Source: an uncultured cyanobacterium (GTDB lineage Bacteria > Cyanobacteriota > Cyanobacteriia > Leptolyngbyales > Leptolyngbyaceae). Taken from it: DNA of 55,077 bases. Positions within the stretch are counted from its first letter, which is position 1. The number at the start of each line of letters is the position of its first letter. The notes under the pieces are model-generated. The model was not told where the DNA came from. It ran no database searches and worked only from the letters and a program-made list of their open reading frames with translations. The stretch lies in contig CAVYAN010000038.1 in the NCBI GenBank assembly GCA_963766075.1, positions 1 through 55,077 on the forward strand, in the 5' to 3' direction. A program made the translations under genes and the position numbers. This document shows, piece by piece, positions 38,167 to 48,111 of this stretch.

Positions 38167-38315
38167 GGCAGGGGCGGTGAGGTTCTTTCTTTATACCGTG
38201 ATTTCTTGAACGCTGGATCGCGTGGGTGGAGTGGCGATGATTGCGGCGATGATGTTGAAGCAGTATAGCCCGGTGGGCATTCCAGAAAGGGGCAGTAGCA
38301 AAGAGCGATCTCGCT

Positions 38316-38924
38316 TCAGTTTCTAATGCTCAGGTTTAAGTGGAGCCACCGCCCGGTAATGGCTCCGGTGATGCTGGACATGATGACGGTGATGAGGACC
38401 ATGAGCTGGTTTTCACCCAGCTTGCCTGAGATGCTGGTATCGAGGAATAAAGGGGTGGTGATGCTGCCTCCCAGGAACCAACTGATGGTGTTAACGAGGA
38501 GCCAACCGTTGGGTCTAGTGACTTGCCCTTGGAGAAGGAGCCACTGGAGCAGCCCAAAGCTAGCGCCTGCAACGATGATGGCAATGGCATAGCTGATGGG
38601 TCCGGGCATGGGAATGCCGGGAGAAGCCCAGCCGGTAATGCCGATGCTTAAAGCCATGCACGCTACGAGGCTGCCCATGCCAATGCCAAAGGCCAACAGT
38701 AGCCCGAGGGCGGTTGCCGCAATCCACCACAGGGAGTTTTCAATGTGTTTTCTCAGGACGAACCACTGAGCGGTGCCCCCTAAGATGCCGCAGCCGAGTA
38801 ACCCGAGGCTTTTGATCTCGGCTGCACCGGCTATGACAGCGGCGATCGCCATGCCGCCGGAGAAGCCCAGAATTGTTGCCAAGCACCACCGGATCCAGAA
38901 TTTCGGGACGATTGACGTTGACAT
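38316..38924 (-). CDS. Multi-pass membrane protein
   Basis: Repeated G..QW.vLR...WW units and about six TM segments. Confidence 0.7.
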   Translation of the reverse strand: MSTSIVPKFWIRWCLATILGFSGGMAIAAVIAGAAEIKSLGLLGCGILGGTAQWFVLRKHIENSLWWIAATALGLLLAFGIGMGSLVACMALSIGITGWASPGIPMPGPISYAIAIIVAGASFGLLQWLLLQGQVTRPNGWLLVNTISWFLGGSITTPLFLDTSISGKLGENQLMVLITVIMSSITGAITGRWLHLNLSIRN

Positions 38925-39121
38925 GGAACATCCATCCTCAAGCTGTGCGTTGCTTTCATCGTAGTTCCAAGATCGGAGGTTGAAGAGGGATGTGTGGGAT
39001 GGCGGCGCTGGGGCTAAAGCGGTATCGCCTGGTGGGCATTCCAGGAAGGGGCAGTGAGGGCGTTGTAGAATGGCAGGCAAAGCGGTCGAATTCCTCTGTC
39101 TAATGCGTTGGTCGGAAGCCT

Positions 39122-39526
39122 ATGTCTGAAGCTATTACCCTGCAATTACCCGATCGCCTGTATCAGCGATTGGTGAATACGGCCCAAGCGACGCAGCGTT
39201 CGTTGGAGGCGGTGATTGTGCGGGCTTTGGAGGTGGGTGCGCCGCCGGACTGGGATGATATTCCCGAAGAGTTTCAGGCGGATGTGGCGGCGTTGGATCG
39301 GTTGGACGATGGGGCGCTGTGGCAGATGGTCCGAGGTCGCAAAACTGCTGAGGAGATGACGGACTACGATACGCTGTTGGAGCGCCATCAAGCGGGTCTG
39401 TTAACCCCGGCGGAACGGTTGGAGTTGACGCGGCTGCGGCGGGATTGCGATCGCCTGATGTTGTGTAAGGCCCAAGCTGCGGTGATTCTGCGCTGGCGTG
39501 GCTCTCAGTTATTGAAAATGTCCTGA
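39122..39526 (+). CDS. Antitoxin-like hypothetical protein (orphan)
   Basis: ITLQLPDRLYQRL...LDDGALW...MLCKAQAAVILRWRG. Confidence 0.65.
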   Translation: MSEAITLQLPDRLYQRLVNTAQATQRSLEAVIVRALEVGAPPDWDDIPEEFQADVAALDRLDDGALWQMVRGRKTAEEMTDYDTLLERHQAGLLTPAERLELTRLRRDCDRLMLCKAQAAVILRWRGSQLLKMS

Positions 39527-39924
39527 AACGTTGTGGCAGTAACAATCGGAACTGGAAAATCATCCACCAACACCAACAAATCCTGATCGCCCGTAACCAA
39601 GTACGCGGCCTGTCCCGCGATCGCTAGCCACAAAAAGGGAACGTCCTTGAGATCGCGACAATCCGGCACCGGTGGCGGTGGTGCGGGAATCTCGACGCGC
39701 TCACAAAACGGTAAATAGTCATTCAGTAAAGCAGTTTGCTCCACCGGCGTAAGCTGAAATTTTGGATAATTCAACACACGCCGAATTTCGGCTGCGGTGG
39801 ATTCTGAAACGAGGGGGATAATGTCGCCCTGTCGCCAAGCGGCCCGCAACCAAGCCAATCGCCCTTTGCCAAACACGAGTGCTGACAGCACTGTATTTGT
39901 GTCAAATACAACCCGCGTTGCCAT
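39505..39924 (-). CDS. PIN-domain toxin (TIGR00305-like)
   Basis: RVVFDTNTVLSAL, CRDLKD, YLVTGDQDLL. Confidence 0.88.
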   Translation of the reverse strand: MATRVVFDTNTVLSALVFGKGRLAWLRAAWRQGDIIPLVSESTAAEIRRVLNYPKFQLTPVEQTALLNDYLPFCERVEIPAPPPPVPDCRDLKDVPFLWLAIAGQAAYLVTGDQDLLVLVDDFPVPIVTATTFQDIFNN

Positions 39925-39927
39925 CCC

Positions 39928-40134
39928 TTAAGCCTCTTGCCGGGCCCAGGTGACCGCATCTTGAATATCCGACTCGGCGATCGGCAACGCGGCTAACTTC
40001 TCGCGCACCAAATCGGCGGTGATTGCGCTATCCTCTTGCTGCCAAAGGGCTAAGACGGTCTCGGGTACATCCACGGTAATGGAAGCTTCATCTTGCTCAA
40101 TCAGATACTGCTTTGGGATTTTAATGACTGGCAT
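39928..40134 (-). CDS. Putative antitoxin of the PIN toxin
   Basis: Directly upstream of the PIN gene; VREKLAAL..AESDIQDAVTWAR. Confidence 0.6.
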   Translation of the reverse strand: MPVIKIPKQYLIEQDEASITVDVPETVLALWQQEDSAITADLVREKLAALPIAESDIQDAVTWARQEA

Positions 40135-40165
40135 TGGGATTACCTGTTCCTTTACCGGCTATACC

Positions 40166-40354
40166 CTATGGTACGGCAAAGATGAAGTGCGGTGGATGGG
40201 TAGAGACGTTGCCTAGGGTTGGGTATGGCGGTGCTGGTGATTCGGTGAGGAGGATGATCACGCGGACGCGGCTGGGTTGGGTGACTGGGAGGGGGAGATC
40301 GAGGGAGAGTTGGCCTTGGGCGTTGATGGCACCGGTGGCTTCGATGGCTTGCAT
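40166..40354 (-). CDS. Small TA-associated hypothetical protein (probably truncated)
   Basis: MQAIEATGAINAQGQLSLDLPL...RVRVIILL. Confidence 0.5.
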   Translation of the reverse strand: MQAIEATGAINAQGQLSLDLPLPVTQPSRVRVIILLTESPAPPYPTLGNVSTHPPHFIFAVP

Positions 40355-40840
40355 GGGGGTGAAGGTAAGGGGTGTTGCTGAGATTCTAGTAGGGGGGATG
40401 GTGGTGCGGTTTGTGGGGATGGGGACGAATAACAAGATGCTGTATATCATTGGCGGGATTTGTATGATTGCGGCGATGACGCTGAAGCAGTGTAGCCCGA
40501 TGGGCATCCAAGAAAGGGGTATGTCAGGGGAAGTCGGAAGCGGTTGGGGCAGTAGTTCGGGGCACGGAGCGGTGAGAATGTTTTAGACAGAAAAGTCCGC
40601 TCTGTGCCCGTGCAAAGGTTGCCCGGTGGTACACGGGGCTTTCTGAGAGGTCATGCCATGAGGTGGGTGAAACGGCGATCTCCCCAGGATGACCCCAAAC
40701 CACTACTCGGCCCGCAGCAACTGCACCCGCGAGCCACGACTGGCATACCCTAGCCTCACCTCATCTCCCGGCACCGTGACCGGCACCGAAACCGCAAACC
40801 GACTAGGACCGTTATCCCTGGCCCGCACCACCACTGAGTA

Positions 40841-40983
40841 GCCCACCCCCTGCCCCTGGGCCTCGCTATCCTCGGCTCCCAACTCCCCGACATCGACACC
40901 AGCACCAGCCTGATCGGCCAAATCTGCTTCCCCATTTCCCACTGGATCGAAGACCACTATCCTCACCGCACCCTCACCCATTC
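40841..40983 (+). pseudogene. Internal fragment of the metal-dependent hydrolase found intact at 53979
   Basis: Near-identical to 54039-54180 ([19 protein letters not shown]...HRTLTH). Confidence 0.85.
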
Positions 40984-41078
40984 TTTGTTAGCGACGGCAG
41001 CGATCGCGTAAGCATTGCCGGACGCAGTAGGATGGAAACAGACTTAGAAATCTTACCGATAACAAGGTGTGGCCACTC

Positions 41079-41315
41079 ATGCTCCCTGTGAATGAAGCCC
41101 AATCCCAGTTGCCCGATTTGATTGATGCCGTTAGCCAATCCCATCAACCGATTGTGATCACCGGCCAACATCACAATGCCGTTTTACTTTCAGAATCGGA
41201 TTGGATTGCAGTCCAGGAAACGCTCTACCTCCTCTCGGTGCCAGGAATGCGAGAGTCCATTCGGGAAGGATTAGCCACTCCCATTGAGGCGTGCGATCGG
41301 GAGTTGCAGTGGTGA
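41079..41315 (+). CDS. yefM: Phd/YefM antitoxin
   Basis: EAQSQLPDLID...NAVLLSESDW..ETLYLLSVPGMRESI. Confidence 0.88.
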   Translation: MLPVNEAQSQLPDLIDAVSQSHQPIVITGQHHNAVLLSESDWIAVQETLYLLSVPGMRESIREGLATPIEACDRELQW

Positions 41316-41575
41316 GTTGGCAGATTGTCTATACCAAGCAAGCTCAGAAGGATGCGAAAAAGCTGGCTTCTAGCAACCTGCGTGACAAGGCACAAGCATT
41401 GCTAGCCATTCTGCAAGTTGACCCATTTCAGAATCCACCGCCCTTTGAGAAGCTCGTGGCTGATCTGGCAGGTGCCTATTCGCGGCGGATTAACATCCAG
41501 CATCGTCTGGTCTATGAGGTGATTGAGTCCGAGAAAACAGTGAAGGTTCTCCGGATGTGGACTCACTACGAGTAA
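41312..41575 (+). CDS. yoeB: Txe/YoeB toxin
   Basis: PPFEKLVADLAGAYSRRINIQHRLVY...MWTHYE. Confidence 0.9.
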   Translation: MSWQIVYTKQAQKDAKKLASSNLRDKAQALLAILQVDPFQNPPPFEKLVADLAGAYSRRINIQHRLVYEVIESEKTVKVLRMWTHYE

Positions 41576-42054
41576 TCGGGCGGCGGGGGCGAAGCTGTGT
41601 GCTTGTGCGCCTGTTAACCCCATGCGGGAATCTTTCTAGAGATGATTGAGGTGGAGCTGACGTTGCCGGATGATGGGGTGATTCGGACGGCGATGGTGAA
41701 TGAGGCGAAGGCGATTGGGTATGAGTTGGGGCGATCTGAGCTGGCGGAGCTGCAAACGCTGGCGGGGCGGAATCCGATGTTGGCGCGGAAGGTGGTGCGG
41801 CGGGCGAAGTTGGGGTCTGGCTCAAACCCCAGAACATACGCAGTATGTGGTGATGATGCCGGTGATTATTGCGATGTTGTTTGCGTTTGCGGTGGTGCGG
41901 TTTGTGGGGATGGGGACGAATAATAAGACGCTGTATATCATTGGCGGGATTTGTATGATTGCGGCGATGGCGCTGAAGCAGTATAGCCCGATGGGCATTC
42001 CAGAAAGGGCTATGTGCGGGGGAGTCGGAAGCGATTGGGGCAGTGAGGGCGCTG

Positions 42055-42354
42055 TTATTGCAGCCGCTGCTGCCATTTTTGGGGGGATTGGCGGCAGTCA
42101 AAGACGGCGTAGACGATGATTTCAGTGTCAGTGGCTTCGTAGATTACCGCATAGGGGAATCGCCGGATCACGGCTCGGCGATAGGTTTTGTAAATAACTT
42201 GATAGGTTTCGGGATTGCGGACGAGGGCTTGGATGGACGCATCGACAGCGGTGAGGAATTCCCGACCTAGCCCAATGCGTTTGCTTTCGTACCAAAAATA
42301 GCCGTTGTCTGAGTCGGCTTCCGCTTCGGGGGTGAAGGTGACGATCCTAGCCAT
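42055..42354 (-). CDS. ParE/RelE-family toxin (copy 2)
   Basis: Near-identical to 37659-37958. Confidence 0.88.
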   Translation of the reverse strand: MARIVTFTPEAEADSDNGYFWYESKRIGLGREFLTAVDASIQALVRNPETYQVIYKTYRRAVIRRFPYAVIYEATDTEIIVYAVFDCRQSPQKWQQRLQ

Positions 42355-42562
42355 GACGCTCAATGATTCGGCGTTGTACGTCTTCCCAGGAGCGACCGGA
42401 GCCGGGGTTGGCTTCATAGGCGGCTTTGCGGCGATCTAGTTCGGTCTTTTGCGCGTCGGTGAGAGGGATGTCGTTGGCATCGAGGCTGTCCCAGAGATCT
42501 TGCACTAGCAGCAGGCGTTCGGAGGGGCTGAGGTTGAGCAGGGCGGCGTGTTCTGTGTTCAT
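42347..42562 (-). CDS. Addiction-module antitoxin (copy 2)
   Basis: Same protein sequence as 37951-38166. Confidence 0.88.
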   Translation of the reverse strand: MNTEHAALLNLSPSERLLLVQDLWDSLDANDIPLTDAQKTELDRRKAAYEANPGSGRSWEDVQRRIIERHG

Positions 42563-42841
42563 GGCAGGGGCGGTGAGGGTTCTTTCTTTATACCGTGATT
42601 TCTCGAACGCTGGATCGCGTGGGTGGAGTGGCGATGATTGCGGCGATGGCGTTGAAGCAGTATAGCCCGGTGGGCATTCCAGAAAGGGGCAGTAGTCCGG
42701 GGCACGGAGTGCCTGAAGATCTTTTAGAGAGAAGGTGCTCTGTGCCCGTGGAAAGGTTGCCCGGTGGTACACGGGGCTGTCTGAGAGGTCATGCCATAGC
42801 GTGGGTGAAACGGCGATCGCTACGCGACGACCGCCAAACCA

Positions 42842-43144
42842 CTACTCAGCCCGCAGCAACTGCACCCGCGAGCCACGACTGGCATACCCTAGCCTCACCG
42901 CACCCCCCGGCACCCTGACCGGCACCGAAACCGCAAACCGACTAGGGCCGTTATCCCGCGCCCGCACCACCACTGAGTAGCCCACCACGGCTGACCACCG
43001 CACGGCAAACTCCCGTGGCAACGAGGCAAACCAGACCTCAGCCACGAAGCCGGTAAATGACCTGTCCAACTCCCGCCAGAAACAATCCACTGCCGCGAAC
43101 TCCACCGCGAGGCCCTCAACAAACAAATAATCGACTGCTAACAT
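42842..43144 (-). CDS. Plasmid-type hypothetical protein; its 3' part is also copied at ~40700-40847
   Basis: RSFTGFVAEVWF...GYSVVVR...FAVSVPV; the duplicate keeps the same frame. Confidence 0.45.
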   Translation of the reverse strand: MLAVDYLFVEGLAVEFAAVDCFWRELDRSFTGFVAEVWFASLPREFAVRWSAVVGYSVVVRARDNGPSRFAVSVPVRVPGGAVRLGYASRGSRVQLLRAE

Positions 43145-43630
43145 GCCATTCCTCCGAAACTAAAAAACCGAAAGCATGGCATCGATCTAGCGGAGGGGGG
43201 CAAGGGCGGAGCAAAGCGGAGTGCATTTTACCCTTGCGGCCTGTAGCTATGATAAATGCCGCTGAAGGTTCCCCCAGAGGGGGTTAGGGGGGTAACGGGG
43301 TTTGGGGGTATCCCCCAAGTTAGAGGTTTGGAAACCGCCGTAGGCGACCTTGGGGCTGGGGCAAGTTCACTCATTCACGCTGTTTTGTGGTCCTTTCTAC
43401 GGTCTGTGGGGATGAGAATGGCCAGCGGTGACGGTGCGATCGCGGATTTTGACGCCATCACCACGGGAACAGCGATCGCGTTGAAGCCTGGAAGACGTGG
43501 CAATTGAGGGGCGCATGGTTTCGCTGGTGTGAGATTTTGTCGGGAATGGTAAGGAATATACTTGGACTCTTCTCATTTTGGGAAAGCCGATGTTATCTTG
43601 AATCTGACGCATGAACTTCATGAAAGGAAA

Positions 43631-43807
43631 ATGCCGAGGAAAGTCTCGACTGAGCCGATTAAACGCCTGACTGTGGAGCTACCGGAGAGTGAATATAATC
43701 TCTTGGAAGCTTACTGTTTGGCGCGGCAGGAAAGTAAGCGGCAGGTGATCCGGGCGTTGATTCAGCGATTAGAGCAACAAGCGAGGGGCGGAAAGGAAGA
43801 TGGATAA
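43631..43807 (+). CDS. CopG/RHH regulator at the head of the conflict operon
   Basis: IKRLTVELPESEYNLLEAYC...SKRQVIRALI; stop overlaps the next gene. Confidence 0.7.
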   Translation: MPRKVSTEPIKRLTVELPESEYNLLEAYCLARQESKRQVIRALIQRLEQQARGGKEDG

Positions 43808-44140
43808 GGAAATTGCGCAGTTTTCACTGGCAGATGGGACGACTTTTCCTCGTTGAAGTGGAGGAACCCGATAGCCCTGCGGTGGAGCGGGTGGCAACCA
43901 AGACTGGCCAGATGGTAATTGAAGACGAAGCAAACTTTTGAAGAGGCTATCGAGGCCATTAAGCCTGTGGCGGCTACGCTGGTGACGCGATTGCGGCAGG
44001 GGATGACGACTCCAGCAGATGAGGTGGAAGTAAAGTTTGGACTGAAGCTGAACAGTGAGATGGGAGCGATTTTTGCCTCTGTGGGGGGTGAGGTGAATTT
44101 TGAGGTGACGCTGAAGTGGAAGGAAGAAAAGGCGACTTGA
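43800..44140 (+). CDS. Trypsin-co-occurring (Trypco1 / CU044_2847-like) protein, frameshifted
   Basis: MDKEIAQFSLADGTT..VEVEE...FEEAIEAIKPVA...DEVEVKFGLKL..EMGAIFAS...NFEVTLKW. Confidence 0.8.
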
Positions 44141-44144
44141 ATCC

Positions 44145-45030
44145 ATGGTGAACACAAATTATCGGCAGGCGTTTAAGTCCGCGATCGCCCGGATCTATCA
44201 CGCCAATGGGGCGATCGTCGGCGCGGGTTTCTTAGTGGCAGAAGGACACCTGCTGACCTGTGCGCATGTGGTGACGGCAGCACTGGGTATTGATCTGACT
44301 ACGGCCGAGGCTCCGGAAACGCTGCTAGAGGTGGATTTTCCGTTGATTGCGCCGGGGCAAAAGGTGTGGGCGCGGGTGAATTTCTGGAGATCGGTGCAGA
44401 GCGAGGGAGGAATAGCTCTGGCCGATGGGGAAGATATTGCTGGGTTGCGATTGGAGAGGGCAGCGCCCCAGGGCTGTAAAGCGGTGCGGCTGGTAATGGC
44501 GGATGAGCTGTGGTCCCATGGGTTCCAGATTTTTGGATTTCCGAATAAGCGAGATGAGGGGATTTGGGCTGCGGAGGATTCGCGATCGTCTGGCCAATGG
44601 CTGGGTGCAGATTGAGGATATTAAGGCGCAGGGACAGGCGGTGCAGCCGGGGTTTAGCGGGGCACCGATTTGGGATGAGGTGTTGCAAGGAGTGGTAGGG
44701 ATGGCCGTAGCGGCGGATAAGAAGCGGGAGGAGACGAAAACCGCGTTTATGATTCCTTCAACAATTCTCGGTCAAGCCTGGAAAGAATTAGCTCTTGTGA
44801 TTTCAGCTCCGCCGGTAGCCTCTACATGAGTTCGGTTCAGCAAGTCAGGCTAAAGGTTGCTCAAGCCCGGGTGAATGCTTTAGGGGAAGATTTTGAGGCG
44901 GGGCATAATCAATTGAACTTCACCCAGGATGAAGTCGAGCGGGGCCGGTTGACGCGCCGGATTACATCATTGGATCAGGAGCTTGAGAATGGCAGACGAT
45001 CTAGATGCATTGCAAGCATAGCGTGAGTAA
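44145..45030 (+). CDS. Trypsin-like serine peptidase with a C-terminal coiled-coil (effector-associated-domain-like) region; frameshifted
   Basis: Catalytic triad motifs LLTCAHVV, EDIAGL and GFSGAPIWD. Confidence 0.85.
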
Positions 45031-45054
45031 ACAGAAGCTAGGGATTGATTGAGA

Positions 45055-46059
45055 TGGTAGTGTCAAGAACCTGGGAACCTAAAAGCGGTTGTGGTATTGA
45101 TAAGCGGATAGCACGGTTATCCGGAAGACTACGTGCTGACAAATGATGGATTGATCGGACCAATGAGTCGAAGTTGAGCGTGAACGTTTGAGCGCGAGGG
45201 CTGACATCAATCGATAACAGAGATGAAAAAGGCAGAGAGATAGTTAGCACAGCTTAGTCAAGCCTAAGGGTGATTACAGGCACTCTTGGAATCATTGGGA
45301 AGATAACATTCACCACATTGATTTTGATGGGGCGAAGAAAATTACTGATACTCTGCTCAAAAAGCATGAAAAACGAGAAGGAGCGCACACTCTTTTTTCT
45401 GCACAACAGTCAAAAGATGGGCGGGAAATGGTTCCTCCGTGGTGTAAAGTCACAGCTTCAGAATTTGCCTTTATCGGAATGGGCTGAACCCTTTGAGTGT
45501 CGGCTTGACTCCCCTCCTGGAGGCGATCCGAAGTTTTCTTAAGTAAGTTATCGGTAAGATTTAATCCTAAAGATGAATATAAAACTAAACAGGAGCGGAT
45601 CGATCAAAGTCGTTGATAAAATCTACGAGGCATTAGAGCGTCGCCATGTCTTTTTGATAGCAATAACTCTTGAACAAGTTAGACCTCAAGATCAGTTTCT
45701 AGACTGGTTTGTTAATCAGTTTTGGCGGGTGATTTTGAACAAACTATCTGAAATTAAGCAAGAACGTCCATTAATCCGAATTATTGGTGTGATTTCTGTC
45801 GAAGCTAAGGTTGCGAAGCCGCAAATTCCGAGGCATCTTTGCTGTTCAGTAAAGCAGTTTGATCCAGAAAAAATGGTTGAGTTACCGCTTAAGACCTGGA
45901 ATACAGAACAAATTTGTACATGGCTGGAGGCCTATTCCACGCTAGATCCGTGGAGAAATTCCAGAACATGCTGAAAATATCTACACTGTTGCAGACAATG
46001 GAATTCCCTTCCTTGTTTATGACAAACTAATGACCAAAATCACGATGGAAGCTAGTTAA
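45055..46059 (+). CDS. Inactive STAND (iSTAND)-type protein with a probable N-terminal coiled-coil; many indels
   Basis: HIDF, LFFLHNSQKMGGKWFL, FLDWFVNQFW, VELPLKTWNTEQICTWL; located directly before MoxR. Confidence 0.65.
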
Positions 46060-46082
46060 AGCCCCCAGGGAGTCTGTACCGA

Positions 46083-47022
46083 ATGAATGCTGCTAAACGA
46101 TATACCTTTCAGGGCGACTCTAGCCTGCGCCCCAGACCGGCTGTCACCCGGACTCGCCCCAAGCGGCGGAACCCTACCTGGCGGATGCCGACCTCATTGA
46201 AGCGGTGAACCTAGCGATTTATCTGCGCCGACCGTTGCTGCTGGAAGGGGAAGCGGGCTGTGGGAAAACGCGACTGGCTTCGGCGGTGGCCTATGAGTTG
46301 GGATTGCCGTTATACCGTTGGAATATTCGCTCTACGAGTAAGGCGCAGGATGGGCAGTATGCCTATGATGCGATTCTACGGTTGCACGATGTGCAGGCTC
46401 AGAAGGTTGATGCCAAGCTGAAACGCGATCCCAGCGACCCGAAGGCGTATCGACAATGGGGGGCGATTGGCAAAGCGTTTCAAGTCACTGATCGCCCCGC
46501 TGTCGTGTTGATCGACGAGATTGACAAAGCTGATTTGGATTTTCCCAATGATTTACTGACGGTGCTCGATCAGCCCTGGGAATTTACAATTACGGAAACG
46601 GGGGAGCGGATTGCCGCCACGCCGGGAAATGAACCCATCGTCATCGTCACTAGCAACAAGGAAAAGGGGAATCTGCCCGCACCCTTTCTGCGGCGCTGTG
46701 TCTATCACTACGTTAAGTTCCCTGAGGATGCAGGACGACTGCGAGAGATTGTGGACCAGCACTATCGCGATCGCGAAGCCAAACAGACTCCCAAAGCCCC
46801 CCTCATCGAGGCTGCTGCTGAGCAATTTCTCAAGGTGCGACAAGCGGGTGGATTGTTTAAGTCCCCTGGAACCAGTGAGTTTTTGGATTGGGTGGAAGCA
46901 TTGCAGAATTTTGCACCGAAACCCTATGGGGCCAGTAAATTGAAGCAAGCCGATCAAACGCTACCCTATCGGGACTTGCTGTTTAATTCCGAGCTGATTG
47001 GCAAAAGTATGCGGCATCATGA
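46083..47022 (+). CDS. MoxR-family AAA+ ATPase (indels near both ends)
   Basis: RPLLLEGEAGCGKT, VLIDEIDKADLDFPNDLL, TSNKEKGNLPAPFLRRC. Confidence 0.92.
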
Positions 47023-48103
47023 GTGAGTTTTTGCCAGAACCAATCATTCTGCGATTGTTCCAGCGCCTGCGGCAGGCGGATTTTAGTTTGGGTATGAATG
47101 AGTACCTGGCGGCCTTGGATGCGATCGCCGGTGGATTTGGGGCCAACAGCTTGGAGGCGCTGAAGCAAATGTTGCGGATGCTGTCAGTGCCATTCGCTGG
47201 CAGAGCAGAGCCAGTTTGAATTGATCTGGCCGGAGATGCTCCAAGTACCCAAGACCCTTTGAACAGTCGGAGACCCGCGCTGAGTCGCTCTCCCCAAAAC
47301 CGCAGGGGCCGTCAGCCTTACCCTCTAAGGAGAAGCCTACCCCCGTAGCCACGCCCCAGCCTGTCGAACGGCCAGATACAGAGTTTTCCACCTTGCCGGT
47401 GGATCTCCCTTCATCCCGGCTGAGGTAGACGATTTACCCGAACTGCATACCTATCACCCACTGTCGCGGCAATCGATGTCCTATGGCTGGCGCTATCTGC
47501 GACGCTTGGCGGCAACCGGGATTGCGGATGTGTTGGATATGGAGGCCACGGTAGAACAAGCGGCACGGCAGGGCTTTTTTCTTGCTCCGGTGTATCGCCG
47601 CCCGAGCGGTAATCAAGCGCGATTGCTACTGTTGATCGATCGAGGTGGTTCCATCGATGCCGTTTCATCGGTTTACCCGTGATTTAGTAGAAACCGCCTT
47701 AGCGCCGGGGGTATTTCCTGAGGATCAGGTGCATGTGGGGTATTTCCATAACTTCCCCACGGAGTATGTGTATCGCGATGCCCACCTCACGTCACCCCGC
47801 CCGTTGGCCGATCTGCTGGCCGAGTGCGATCGCGAAACCAGTGTGTTGATTGTGAGTGATGCGGGCGCAGCACGGGGCTTTCGCCGGATAGAGCGGATTC
47901 GCAAAACCACCGAATTTTTGGTGAAGCTGAAGCAGTATTCTAGTTTAATCAGTTGGCTGAACCCGATGCCGCGCGATCGTTGGCTGGGGAGTTCGGCGGC
48001 GGTGATGGGTTACTTGGTGCCCATGGAACAGATGGATCCCAATAGTTTGGGCAATGCCATTGATGTGGTGCGGGGGCAATCGGTTGTCCTTGGGGAGCGG
48101 TAG
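47019..48103 (+). CDS. vWA-domain protein of a MoxR-vWA system (frameshifted)
   Basis: LLLLIDRGGS(M.PFH), YFHNFP, VLIVSDAGAARG, WLNPMPRDRW. Confidence 0.85.
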
Positions 48104-48111
48104 GGAGCAGC

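Larger units (their letters stand above)
37580..42689 (+). repeat. Six dispersed copies of a 35-bp motif, consensus AAGCAGTATAGCCCG(A/G)TGGGCATTCCAGAAAGGGG, separating gene cassettes
   Basis: Copies at 37580, 38258, 39017, 40485, 41976 and 42655. Confidence 0.9.
41577..42695. repeat. Diverged duplicate of 37181-38297 (ATPase 3' half plus ParE TA pair)
   Basis: Colinear, with high nucleotide identity along its length. Confidence 0.9.

Noticed and set aside
37580..42689. CRISPR array interpretation of the 35-bp repeats
   Set aside because: The intervals are 0.6-1.5 kb, gene-sized and irregular; the repeats lie in coding-derived sequence; no cas genes are present.
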